A DNA stretch of 64,000 nucleotides. Origin: Dendrobates tinctorius. Its lineage: Eukaryota. The stretch lies in the NCBI RefSeq assembly GCF_039654945.1, contig NW_027361723.1:2790001-2854000 (forward strand). Reading direction: 5' to 3'. Shown here one piece after another: positions 49,831 to 64,000 of this stretch. Within the stretch, counting starts at the first letter, position 1. Each line of letters begins with the position of its first letter. The translations under genes were made by a program, and so were the position numbers. Below the pieces are notes generated by a model. It worked only from the letters and a program-made list of their open reading frames with translations, was not told the origin of the DNA and did not search any database.

Positions 49831-51393
49831 CTTCGCCAGTAACTTGCTCTTCTCTCCAACCTGCACTTTCTCCTCTACAACCTGTCAAAGAAGGGCTGTA
49901 GGAACATGCTATATATAGTTTTCCAGTAGCCAATCCCGTTCGGAAGGCCACAAGGGTCAATTTTAAAAACCGGATCCGGCGTAATCCGTCGAAAAACGGA
50001 TAGAAAAACGGATGAACCGGATGAGACGGATCCGGTTTTGTCTGTCAAGAAAAAGACGGATCCGGCAGAAAACCGGATCCGTCACATCCGGTTTTACGAA
50101 ACATTTGCCGGATCCGGCGTTCCGACACGACGCCGGATCGCGCCTGACGCCGAAAACCTGATGTGTGAAAGTAGCCTTAGTGTGCTTATTCCTGAACAGC
50201 TGGTTACAGGTATAAGAAACACTAATTTTATGAAGTGTGTGTGTCGACTACACTTTAATGGGAGCTAATGTGGCCTACACAACTTTCAAATGTAGTGTTT
50301 GTTGAACTTTGTTGTTTTTTTTTTGGGGGGGGAAACTAAAAGGATGTGACCAAAGATTTGAAAGTCAGAGTATCACCAACTTTCTGGAGCTATTACAATG
50401 CAGGCAGGTAACCTACAATGCAAAAGATGAGGCTCCAAAAAAATTGGGTAATACTAATCTGGCTGCAGCTGAAGGGCTCAAGCCAGAAAAAGGCTCCTCT
50501 ATCTACTCCTATATAGTGTTTGCAACCAACCACTGTAAATGGATAGGGATGGATGCACACTAATAGGAGAACAAAAAATGAGCTGCAATTAAAGAAAAAT
50601 ATGTGTGAGGCAGTGACGCACGCTGAGCGGCCTACAACCAGACGTGGCTGCAGGACACACTACTCAGCGTGAGCTGCACTCACACACAGTCACCTCTCAG
50701 ACAGCCGTGAACAGTGCAGCAAAGTGGGCACTAGCACTGAAAGGCTGCAGAAAGGCTCCGCTGTCTACTACTAGTGTTTGCAACCAACGTATATGGATAC
50801 GGATGGAAGCACACTAGATAGAATTTTTTAAAAATAAGCAGCTCAAAAAGAAAAATATGTATGAGGCAGCAGTGAGGCACGCTGGGCGGCCTACCACCAG
50901 ACATGGCTGCAGGACCCACTCCACAGCGTGAGCTGCACTCACACAGCCCTTGCAGACAACTGTGAACACTGCTGCTAGGGAAAAGAAGGCTACAGTGGTG
51001 GTTTATGTAGCCTGGGTAAAGCACAATATTGTTTTGAGAATCGCTATTTCTAACTGTCCCTCACAGTCTTCAACAGCAGCCAGTCCCTAACTGAATTCAC
51101 AGCAGAGTGACCAGAAATGGCAGCGGCGGTGGCTTTTATAGTGCATCATGACATCATTTCAGCAGCCAATCACAGCCATGCCAATAGTTAACATGCCTAC
51201 ATGCCTAACAGGATGTGCCCACACTTCTGAGGATTCCCATTGGCTGAATCAAAGCGAGCGGGCTCCTAGCATTATGGGAACTTCCGATTCCGGTATCCGA
51301 TATGAAAAAAGTATCGGAAGTCAGTATCGGAATTCCGATACAGCTAATATCGGCCGATACCTGATACTTGCGGTATCGGAAAGCTCAACACTA

Positions 51394-52539
<1,146 letters not shown>

Positions 52540-54080
52540 TGCGTCTCCTCTCCATCCTCACCCCCCAAAGGCTCTTATCAGAGCCGCCCACATCTACTAA
52601 GAAAAAGCTATGATCTCCGCTGTGTGATGTGGCCAGGGAGGGAGATTGCGGGTATTTTGCGGTGTTATGTGACATCAGCGGTTAAAACAGATGGTTACCT
52701 GGATATACAGCGCTATATGGGTCGGGAATTACTGTATGGATGAAATATCTAGAGCGCTTTATAGAGATTACATCAAAGTATATACATTTACTGCACTCTA
52801 TGAGGGTACACTGCAGTGTATTAATGGTATTGGGTAGAGTTGAGCGACTTTTGTTTTTTTAGGGTCGAGTTTCGTTTCGTGAAACCCGACTTTTCCAAAA
52901 GTCGGGTCGAGCAAGATCGGCCGGCTATAGGGAAAAGTCTGGGTCGTCCTGAAACACGAAACCCAATGTAAGTCAATGGGGAATAAAAGTCGGCAGTGAG
53001 AGGAGGACAGGAAACACACCTACAGTGCCCATTTGAATGCCAAAAGCATCAATTCTTCTTACTTAAGCTTGTCAACCTTAATTAACTTCATAATACAAGT
53101 TACGCACCGAAAAATGGGGGTTATTTGGCTAAAGTTGTGGGGGGGAAGGGCTGGCTCCAGGTTTTCATGTGCCCTGGGCGAAAGAGCGCCCCTTTAACAC
53201 ATACCACAACTCATCATGCTCCGATACGGCAGAGAAATAGCGGTATAGTACAATGAAAAATACTTCACTTTTTACATCTCATGACAAGGCCCATCTATTT
53301 CTCCATACAGAATCATTGGTCCCATATAATGTTTGAAACAGTATATGATGAGATCCACATCCTGCTACAGTATATGTTGGTCCCCATGGATGAAGCTCCA
53401 CTGTCTTATGGGCCCAAATAATGCTCCAAACATAATGGGCCCCATTTCTAATGCTCTAGTGTATAATGGGCCCTGTAAATGCTGCTCCAGTGTCTGATGT
53501 CCACCTTTGGAATGTTCCAGTGTATGGTGGGCCCCATCTATCATTCTCCAGAGTATAGTGCTCCCCAAAAATTGCTGTCCCAACATTGAAAACAATGAAA
53601 TAAGTCTCCTCGCTAGGGAATCCCTGTACTAGTCTGGACTCCTCGTCGTCCCCATCTTCCATCTCACTGCACAGTATTTCAACCTTGCAAGTGCTGTGAT
53701 CCTGAGCAAGCAGGGGGGGCCCACTCGTTGGCGACGGCACTGACACAGGGCCCCTGATAGTACGGTGGTGTGTCTGATGGCGGGTGGGCCGAACCTGCAC
53801 TTTCATCTGCAGCTTCCTCTTTGTCACCGTGTAAGATGGAACTGTATATGGGAAGGGTAACATGAGTTTCATCAGGGTCAGATTAAGGTCGTGTAGCGTG
53901 CGAGGGGAATGTAGTGGTCTGGGTCAATGTACCAGCAGATTCATCGAGCAGTGGCTGGGCATCAGTGCACTTGTGTCGCCCCCAGGAGTACGGTCGCCAC
54001 AGTGGCATTACCTTCCTCCTAGGGAGTGTGATGTCATGCTTGGGAGCAACGAAGGATCTCTCTAGCAGGTTAACTGATTG

Positions 54081-54552
54081 GGCGGCGTTATTCCCACGAG
54101 TCATGACCCTCCAAACAGCGTTCATGAAGGCAAAGTGTTTGTTTTACGTGGGCAGTATGGTTGCAAAGCTGAACCTTAAAGAAATGTCCAGAAGGGCACC
54201 ACCAGGAGTGGAGCCTACGGTTTAATTCGACTCCACCTGGGAAACCTCAACCATGCCAGCTACAGAAAAGATGCACACATTGCAAGCTTAATTCTGTTAA
54301 CGAACGAGACTCCGTCATGCCCCGCGGTCCGAGTCCGGCTTACTAGAGGGACACGTGAGGCTCTGGCACATGAGATTGGCCAATAACTGGTGTGTCATGC
54401 CCTTACATGTCCGTGGCTGCATGTGCGCTACACTGAAAAGGCCAGCGTTTGTCGCTTACAGGTGCAGATAACCCGCTGAACAGCGTTAGTGATGGGGATC
54501 TGTGATTACAATTATTACCCGCGAACAATGATTTCCCAGTAAGTGCAGGTCA
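54081..54552 (+). pseudogene. Degenerate 18S rRNA fragment inside hAT copy B
   Basis: Same landmarks as 23128-23599. Retains AGTATGGTTG, GATGGGGATC and CCCAGTAAGTGC. Confidence 0.92.
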
Positions 54553-55238
54553 ACTACCGTTCCGGAATTAGGCCTAACCGTCATTCCTGAAAAAATGAAA
54601 AACTTACGTGTGCAAACTACAGGTGCTGTAGCTTGCTTAACAGCTCGCCAGCCATTCTCACATTCTCACGCCCAGTATGGATTACACGTGATTGCACAAA
54701 GGTGAGAAAGGGTACCGTATCCCCGGATGACATGTATGGATAGCATAGTGTACACATTCAAAATATATGTCTATACATCAGGAGGCAGGCTCAGACGGTG
54801 TCAGGCACAGTATGGATTTCACGGCCCAGACTACACAGCGGAGGAGCAGGGAGAGGTAAAGATTGCAAATGCTGGGGCCCTGCCCAAGCAAGGGGGGCCC
54901 ACTCGTGGGCGTCGGTATTGGCACTGGGCCCCTCATAGTACGGCGGTGTGTCTGACGGCGGGTGTGCACCACCACCGTCAGAGACACTTGATTGCACTAT
55001 GAGGGACCCTGTGCCAGTGCCCGCGCCCAAGAGTCGGCCTACCCACCTGTCCAGGGCAACGGCACTCGCACGGTGTCGTGCGCTAGGTGGTGACCCCGGC
55101 CATGGGGGGGGGAGGCAGCACAGTTAGGGAGTTTTAGAAAGTGGCATATGTTGATGTTGGACATTCAGCTGATGCAAAAGGCGAAATAGGTGAAGTACCA
55201 GGAACAGGTGAACCAAAGCAAGCCATTTTTCTGTCACC

Positions 55239-58200
55239 CTATGTGTCATCAGGGGAAGGTGGGACAAAATCCTTGGAAACCCATGCATGGTTCATTTTAA
55301 TGAAGGTTAGATCATCCACATTTTGGGTTGACAGACGGGTCCTTTTTCTGTCAGGATTGATCCAGCTGCACTGAAGACTCTTTCCGATAGCACACTTGCA
55401 GCTGGGCAAGCGAGCCCCTGTAAGGCATATTGGGCCAATTCAGGCCAGGTGTCCAGTTTAGCGGCCCAATAGTCAAAGGGGAATGACCTGTGTGGAAGAA
55501 CATCGATATGGGAGGAAAAGTAGTTTGTAACCATAGTTGACAACTGCTGTCTCCTGTCACTTTCCATCAATGCAGTATTACCAGTTGTGTGAGCGGTACT
55601 TGAAAAATCAGTCCACAACATTGTCATGAAACCCCTGTCTCCAACGCCACTTCTGCTGTGTGCACCACGAACACCTCTGCCAAGCTGCCCCCGGCCCGTA
55701 CGGCTCGTGTGAGAACCATCACCGCTGCTGTGTGCTGGGAATGCCTCAAGCAACCGATTTACCAGAGTTGCTTGTTTATTAGCCAATATTAGGTCAAGGT
55801 TCTCCTGTGGCATGATGTTTTGTAATTTGTCTTTATAGCGTGGATCCAGGATGCTGGCCAACCAGTAGTCGTCATCGTTCATCATTTTGGCAATGCGGGG
55901 GTCCCTTTTTAGGATCTGCAAGGCATAATCTGACATGTGGGCCAATGTTCCCGGTGTCAATGATGCACTGCGAGTGCTGGTTGGAGGAGCACTTTCTGGC
56001 AAATCCACATCCCTCCAGTCACGCACAAACCCTGTACCAGACCTTGCCACGCCAACATTTTCACTTGCCCCACGAGATGCATCCTCCTCCCCTAAGTAAT
56101 CATCCCCATCATCATCCTCCTCCTCCTCTTCTTCCTCCACCTCGTCCAGGAGAGGTCCCTGAGCAGACAATGGCTGAATGTCATCAAGGATTCCCTCCTC
56201 GTCAACATTGGCTGCAGACGCCTGCTCCTTAAGGTGCGTCAAAGTTTGCATGAGCAGACGCATAAGTGGGATGCTCATGCTTAGGATGGCGTCTTCTGCG
56301 CTTACCAGCCGTTGTGCATTACTCAAAACACTGAAGGACTTTACAGAGGTCTTTCAGCTTCGACCACTGCACACCTGTCAACTCCATGTCTGCTCTCAAA
56401 GTGCCTGGCCGTGTATCCTCCCACAAATGCATTATGGCCTGCCTCTGCTCGCACAGCCGCTCAACCATGTGCAGGGTGGAGTTCCACCTTGTTGCAATGT
56501 CGATAATGAGGCGGTGGTTGGGAAGGTGGAGCAATCGCTGCAGCTTCTGCATACGAATGGAGTGTACAGGCGACCGGCGGATGTGCGCGCACAGTCTTCG
56601 CACCTTCTGGAGCAGGGCTGTTAACTCCGGATAATTTTTGAGGAAGCACTGCACCACCAGGTTCAAGGTGTGAGCCAAGCAAGGTAGTTTTGAAAGGGCT
56701 ATGGCTGCCACAAAATTACGGCCGTTATCACTAACTACCTTGCCTGCCTCAAGATGTACACTGCCCAGCCATGACTCAGTTTGTCGCTGAAAGTACTCGG
56801 CCAGCACCTCGGCGGTGTGTCTGTCGCCCAAACACATCATCTGCAACACAGCCTGCTGACGCTTTCCACTAGATGCTCAATAGGGGGACACCTCGTGTGC
56901 AACAGTGGCAGCTGCAGATGGAGTGCTCGTACGACTGCGCTCTGTGGACGAGCTTTCGCTTCTGGAGGAGGAGGAGGAGGAGGGTGGAACGCCTACAGCC
57001 AACTGTTTCCTATACCGTGGGCTAGGCAGCACTGTCCCACCACCGCTGTCCTCTGTGGACCCTGCATCCACCACATTAACCCAGTGCGCAGTGATGGACA
57101 CGTAACGGCCCTGGCCATGCCGACTGGACCATGCATCAGTTGTGAGGTGCACCTTTCCACTCACTGACTGCTTGAGTGCATGGACAATGCGGTCTTTCAC
57201 ATGATGGTGGAGGGCTGGGATGGCTTTGCGAGAGAAGAAGTGGCGACTGGGTAGGTCATAGCGTGGTACTGCATAGGCGCTTTCCACCAACCGAAAGGGC
57301 ATCATCTCAAACGAGATTAGTTTGGCAATGTGGGCGTTCAAACCCAGTGTACGCGGATGAGAGACTGAGTACTTTCTTGACCAACTCATAGTGTCTGGGA
57401 GGGTGAGCTGGACTTGAGAGCTGCATATGGTGGAAGTAGCGGTGGACAGGGCGGACTGAGAGAGGGTTGATGATGGTGATGGAGTTGGTGTTCTTTCTGA
57501 TGGCCTAGATTCAGTATTTCGTTGATATAACAGTGGGATTCCCTGACTGCTGTGGCCTTGCAACGACACCTCAACATTTGCTGCTTTGCTGACCGGTGGG
57601 CTTACAGTGGGGGAAACAATGTAGCATTGCTGACTACCTTCTTTGTGATCAGTTGCACATGTGGTACTTGAGGTTTGGTGTTGTGTCCACGCTTGCAAGT
57701 GCATGGTGGTTAAATGTCTAAGCATGCAACTGGTATTCAAATTTTTCAGATTTTACCCTCGGCTAAAAGTCTTTGCGCACTTCTTACAGATAACCTTGGC
57801 CTGATCATGAGGATTTTGTTCAAAAAAGTGCCACACTGCACTCTTCCTACTTTGGCAGACATTTTGCGGCCTAGCACGCTGTGATATTTTGACCCTCTGG
57901 ACAAGCTGTCCAACAACTCTTTTGATTTTTGGAACCTGTCTTTGGAGTGCTCCGTGCCTGCCAGATAACAGCTGTTGCGATGTCGATGTCTGCTGTGGAT
58001 GCTCCTCATCTGAGCTATTGGAAGCAGCACCCTCTTCCCCCAATGGATGCCAATCTGGGTCAACAACTGGGTCATCCATCACCTCCTCTTCAATGTCATG
58101 TGCACCTTCCCCTGTGTCACCGTGTATGGTGGTATAGTGTGCGGGAAGGGGCACCTGAGTCTCATCAGGGTCAGAATCTGGCTCTGTACACTGCGAGGAC

Positions 58201-58736
58201 AATGTAGTGCTCTGAGTGAATGTACCAGCAGAATCATCTATCAGTGGCTGTGCATCAGTGCACTCCATGTCAGATTCATCTTGGCCTGGGTAATTCACCA
58301 TTTCACTTGATAATCCAGGCGTGGTATGTGAAAACAGCTCCATGGAGTAATCAGTAGTATGGCCTGCGTCATCCTTCAATCTTGGTTGGGGTGAAGGACA
58401 CAAGGAAAGGTGTGGTTCATGAACATGAGCCTCCAATGACGACTCAGTGCTTTTACTTTTTACAACTTCAGAAGAGGAGGCGATAGAGCTGGAGGCTGAG
58501 TCAGCAATGTAAGCCAAAACTTTTTCCTGCAGCTCTGGCTTTAAAAGCGGTTTGCCAACTCCTAGAAAAGTAAGCCTTCGAGGCCTTGTGGAGCCAGACG
58601 ATGACGCAGGCTCAACACCTCCTGCATTCGGTCCTATTTTGCTCTTGCCACTACCATCAGATCCACCACCAACACCATCATTACCAGCTGCCAACCCCCG
58701 CCCAATTCCTCGGCCTCTTCCACCAGCCTTCCTCAT
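55239..58736 (-). pseudogene. hAT transposase copy B, disabled
   Basis: Split into ORFs 57753-58877, 56877-57740, 56319-56849 and 55307-56326 by stops and frameshifts. Has small in-frame deletions relative to copy A. Confidence 0.93.
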
Positions 58737-58805
58737 TTTTGGTAGAAATGTAGACAAAATCCAACAAACTATATAGTAATGTAAAACAAGGTACAAGGTG
58801 TCTAT

Positions 58806-59554
58806 AGGACAGGGGAGATTTTGAATTTCTGCACACACTTGTGGACACTGGACACTTATGGATTGTGTGAGGCCCACTGAATATCAGAGCGCTATGTCAC
58901 AGGCTTGATGGCACAGGTGTGAAAAAAGTGACTACAGGATAAGGGAGATTTTGAATTTCTGCACACACTTGTGGACACTGGACACTTATGGATTGTGTGA
59001 GGCCCACTGAATATCAGAGCGCTATGTCACAGGCTCGATGGCACAGGTGTGAAAAAAGTGAGTACTGGATAAGGGAGATTTTGAATTTCTGCACACACTT
59101 GGGGACACTGGACACTTATGGATTGTGTGAGGCCCACTGAATATCAGAGCGCTATGTCACAGGCTCGATGGCACAGGTGTGAAAAAAGTGAGTACAGGAT
59201 CACGGAGATTTTGAATTTCTGCACACACTTGTGGACACTGGACACTTATGGACTGTGTGAGGCCCACTGAATATCAGAGCGCTATGTCACAGGCTCGATG
59301 GCACAGGTGTGAAAAAAGAGACTACAGGATCACGGAGATTTTGAATTTCTGCACACACTTGTGGACACTGGACACTTATGGATTGTGTGAGGCCCACTGA
59401 ATATCAGAGCGCTATGTCACAGGCTTGATGGCACAGGTGTGAAAAAAGTGACTACAGGATAAGGGAGATTTTGAATTTCTGCACACACTTGTGGACACTG
59501 GACACTTATGGATTGTGTGAGGCCCACTGAATATCAGAGCGCTATGTCACAGGC
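58806..59554. repeat. 130-bp tandem array (~6 copies) in hAT copy B
   Basis: g(t/g)ggacactg recurs at 58841, 58971, 59101, 59231, 59361 and 59491. Confidence 0.95.
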
Positions 59555-60906
59555 AGAAATTGGCTAGTGCATCACAAACTACAAGGTGTATATAGAATTG
59601 GGCAGAATAGGAATCTAGAGTGTAGGTCTGTAAGAACGGAACAAGTACTCCACTTATCCTTCCACAGTGACACACAGATAGCTTCACTGTGGCCGTGATA
59701 AAAGCCGTTACACGGTACTGAGAGGAGCGTGCACGTACACGGCTGTCCGGTGTACGTAAAATTGTCAAGCTCCGTGTTTTTTAAGTATACGGACTGACAC
59801 ACGCTGTCTCTCTATAGTTTTGAATGTAATCAAACAGCAAATATATTTAACTGTTTGAAAGCTAGACAAAACTAGTAGGTGCAGGTCTGAAAGAACGGAA
59901 CATGTCCTCGACTTATTCTCACAGAGTGACACACAGATGGCTTCACTGTGGCTGTGATAACAGCCGTTACACGGTACTGTGTGAGGAGTGTGCACCGCTG
60001 TATGGTGTGAAAAAATGCACGCTCAGTACCTCAGCAGGACAAAAAAAAAAAAATTGGGATTGCTTTTAAAAAAGCAGTTTGCAGAGCAGTGGGTAAACAG
60101 CAATGCAGCCGTCAGGAAGCCTTAGAAGGCAGCGTAACAACCAACACCCCTGATCCACCAAAATATAGCCTCCCCTTGCACCGCGCACACAGTGACTGGT
60201 GTGTTGTACAGGCAAAATCGATAGCAGCAGAATCAGTTTTTTTTTCTTCTTCCCTGCCTAACGCTCTCCCTACAGAATCAGCAGCAGCAACCTCTCCCTA
60301 TGCTAAGATCGGCAGAAGTAAGATGGCGGTTGGCGTGCACGCCCTTTTATAACCCCTGTGACGCCCACCAAAGCAAGCCAATCACTTGCATGCCCTTCTG
60401 AAAGATGGTGGTGACCCGTGCCTATGTCATCACGTTGCCCACAGTGTCCGTGGATCCTGATTGGCTGAAAAGGAGCGCAAAACAAACTTTTGAAACGCGA
60501 CTTTGGCACGTAAGTCGCCGACCTCGTGGCCGACCTCATCCTAGGGTCAGGTTTCGTTTCATGAAACCCGACTTTGCCAAAAGTCGGCGACTTTTGAAAT
60601 TTTTCGACCTGTTTCGCTCAACTCTAGTATTGGGTATGAGCATTAAATGGCCGCAAATAGCGCTATATGGCATCCGGAGAACTACTTTGAAGGCTACATT
60701 ACTACCTGGAGGTGTCTATTTCTATATGGAAGGTTTACAGCTGTGCGTGGGGGGTTTTGCATGATAGATAGGAGGCATACAGCACAATAAGAGGGTACGC
60801 TGCAGTATATGGAGCTTCACTGTGCTATTTAGATGTATACAGCACTATATGGGGGTACACGGCGGTATATAAAGCTGCACTGCATCCCCCATATAGTGCT
60901 GTATAA

Positions 60907-61035
60907 AGACTTGTGGAGCCACCAATGAGCAGCAGTGGGCGGAGCGAGTGACGGTTCCGTTGGTCACATGACTTTGTCACCCAATAGCACGGCGATCTCG
61001 CAGCAGTGCTCATTTGCATGGCCGGGCTATAAATA
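60907..61035 (+). promoter_or_regulatory. H2B promoter half (CCAAT, octamer, TATA)
   Basis: ATTTGCAT at 61012-61019, TATAAA at 61028-61033 and CCAAT at ~60922 and ~60982. Homologous to 16468-16594. Confidence 0.85.
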
Positions 61036-61105
61036 CCTCCGCTCTGGGAGGAGCAAGATCGTTATTATTCTGCTTTGAGACGGAGGAGGCTGCTTTACTT
61101 TTGTT

Positions 61106-61483
61106 ATGGCTGATCCCAAGTCTGCTCCAGCTCCCAAGAAGGGCTCCAAGAAAGCCGTGACCAAGCCTCAGAAGAAGGACGGCAAGAAGCGGAGGAAGAG
61201 CAGNNNNNNNNNNNNNNNNNNNNNNNNNNNNNNNNNNNNNNNNNNNNNNNNNNNNNNNNNNNNNNNNNNNNNNNNNNNNNNNNNNNNNNNNNNNNNNNNN
61301 NNNNNNNNNNNNNNNNNNNNNNNNNNNNNNNNNNNNNNNNNNNNNNNNNNNNNNNNNNNNNNNNNNNNNNNNNNNNNNNNNNNNNNNNNNNNNNNNNNNN
61401 NNNNNNNNNNNNNNNNNNNNNNNNNNNNNNNNNNNNNNNNNNNNNNNNNNNNNNNNNNNNNNNNNNNNNNNNNNNNNNNNNNN
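61106..61483 (+). CDS. H2B: Histone H2B, variant N-terminus MADPKSAP (body masked; end inferred)
   Basis: The N-tail is visible, then 285 N (61204-61488), then a stem-loop at 61508-61523 and HDE AAGAGCTG. Confidence 0.9.
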
Positions 61484-63015
61484 NNNNNGCTCCGCCATCA
61501 CCCCAAAGGCTCTTCTAAGAGCCGCCCACCCCCTCACCATAAGAGCTGCTCCTCCGCTGCCCTGTGTAGTGTCCTCATCAAGGCCGTGCATGTGCTGAGC
61601 AGCTCCTTTCCGGAGAAAACGTCTACACTGGGACCTCCTCTCTCCAATAGGTCAGTGATAATGATTGCAGGTGGTGCGTTGCACTCGGCGATAGGTCCTC
61701 GCTCTCCCGCAGCTGGTAATGATGATCTCTGCTCAGTGACATTTCCAGTAGATTATCCTCCTGGTTGGATCTCTGCTTTCTCTTTTCATCTCCTCTTACA
61801 TTAACCCTTTCCATTCCAATTTGTGAGTTTCCTGTGAATGCTGGGGGTGGTAGTAGTGAGGTGCAGACACAACACTGGATGAATCCAGGAGCCGCGCTAC
61901 AGCGATCTATGAGGGCACCCGGCCGTCACTGCGCTTCACTGGAATAATACAAGTTCATGGAGTCTCTGATTCTACACACTCCTTTTCCTTCCGCTGTCCG
62001 GTTTATGTGCGGGTTCTCCCTATACGGATCGCACTCTCTCAGGAATAGATGGCGGCTGCGGTTTCTGATATCACAGGTGAGAAGTGAGATTCCAGTTATC
62101 GCTCAGCACTTTCTCTAGTCTCATCCATTGTAAGGGAGAGGGGTATGGTGTGCACAGCCGGGGTCTGCGGTGCTTGAGGCGGATTCTGTACAGAGCAGAG
62201 ATTCAGCAGGAATACGGTCACTAAGGAGTTGAAAGTAAATTAAGTAGCGGGCGAATGGTCGGTTCTTTATTTCGATGTTCCGCCGTCATTTACTGAGCCG
62301 TTAGTGAACCCTAATTTCCCGCTCAGTCGCACATTGCGCTCCGGAGAAGCGTTAGCGATCACAATCTGATGTCACACGCGCTGGGTCCTGGTGCCGCCTC
62401 TCCAGTGTGTTCTGCCTATACCCGTATTTGTCCCCGGATCGGTGCTGGCGCCTTCCCACTCCCTTTTCTATATTGTCTTAGTGAACATTATTCCTGACGT
62501 TGATTGGAGCAGATCCCGTGCGCGGCGATGGTCGCTGCAGATCACATCGGTGGTTGGGGATCGTTATCTTGTATCTGATATTTCTCCTCTTCTCCGGGGA
62601 TGGAGCCTCCGGGACTCGTTACATGCGGCTCCCTGCCCTGTACTGGCCGCCACCACCTGTAATGAGGAGCGACTGCCTGGGTCAGATGAGGCTTCTGGAG
62701 ATCACTGTCCCTAAAGTATTTATTTACTTATTACATTTTGAAGAAGCTGGAAAATAGCAACGGAAAAATCCAAATAACGGACAGATCTAGCGGCGGCGCC
62801 GCGATGGGGAGTTTTGTTGAATATTCTTTGTAACTTAGAGGCGGGAAATTCAAAATCACCAACAGTCCTGTATTCAGCCAATCAGAGAAGAGGAGGAGCT
62901 TAACTGCGAATTCAATACTAGAACCCCCGCCCCGGAAACCGTCATCCCTCCTGTTCTCGCTCCGGTCCGCACCTCCTCCATGTAAAGTAAAGGACTCTGC
63001 GCTCATCAGTCTTAG

Positions 63016-63405
<390 letters not shown>

Positions 63406-63824
63406 TAGAAAAAGCTATGATCTCCGCTGTGTGATGTGGCCAAATGGTTATCTGGATATACTATATGGGTCATGAATTCCTGTATGGATGAAATATCTAG
63501 AGCGCTTTATAGAGGCTACATCACAGTATAGGCATTCACCACACTCTGAGGGTACACACACCTTACCCCTCTCCCTATATTAACGTTGGTTGTTATAGAC
63601 GCCGCATGTTTTACAATGGATGAGAATAGAGAAAGGTGAGATTTCAGTTATCGCTCAGCAATCACCTGTGATATCAGAAACCGCAGCCGCCATCTATTCC
63701 TGAGAGTGCGATCCCTATATGGAGAACACGCACATAAACCGGCAGTTCAGGACTCAGCTCGTTTTTGGGAAGATTTGGTGGCTCTGAAAAGAGCCTTTGT
63801 GTTGTGGTTGGAGCCCGGGAAGAT

Positions 63825-63998
<174 letters not shown>

Positions 63999-64000
63999 TA

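Larger units (their letters stand above)
44865..50176. mobile_element. Full-length PIF/Harbinger transposon (5.3 kb), two convergent genes
   Basis: TIRs GGC(CT/TA)CTTTCACACATCAGGTTTTCG, flanks TAA/TTA and CCGGATCCGG subterminal palindromes. Confidence 0.95.
36297..51393 (-). mobile_element. hAT transposon family 2 (defective) hosting Rex1 and Harbinger insertions
   Basis: TAGTGTTGAGC...GCTCAACACTA TIRs with CCGATA subterminal repeats. Transposase at 41541-44816. Flanks CTGCTGAG / TTCAAGAG do not form a TSD. Confidence 0.88.
52835..60626 (-). mobile_element. hAT family 1, copy B (7.8 kb), TSD GTATTGGG
   Basis: Same TIRs as copy A. Perfect 8-bp TSD at 52827-52834 / 60627-60634. Confidence 0.96.

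Overview
Vertebrate genomic DNA, inferred to be a frog from the Xenopus-like histones and the MITE/hAT/Harbinger/CR1 repertoire. It is a replication-dependent histone cluster: H4+, H3-, H1-, an orphan H4 3' end, H4-, H2B-/H2A+, then psi-H4+, H2B+, psi-H4+ and a partial H3-. The cluster is split by about 43 kb of nested transposons: two copies of one hAT family (one with an intact 1180-aa transposase), a second defective hAT family carrying a Rex1 LINE and an apparently intact two-gene Harbinger, three CR1 LINEs, a piggyBac-type MITE, a solo LTR, a Penelope fragment and several satellites. Notable features not shown by the ORF track: (1) both copies of hAT family 1 carry a captured, decaying ~470-bp piece of 18S rRNA; (2) the H1 3' processing signal (stem 3' arm, cleavage site and U7-binding HDE) is amplified into a ~24-copy tandem array; (3) a spliced Ly6/uPAR three-finger gene has a hAT inserted in its GPI-signal coding sequence; (4) a repeated intergenic module carries CDE/CHR-geometry motifs; (5) both H2B genes are masked by identical 285-N blocks, probably a screening artefact. 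All alignments were done by eye and none has been run computationally.
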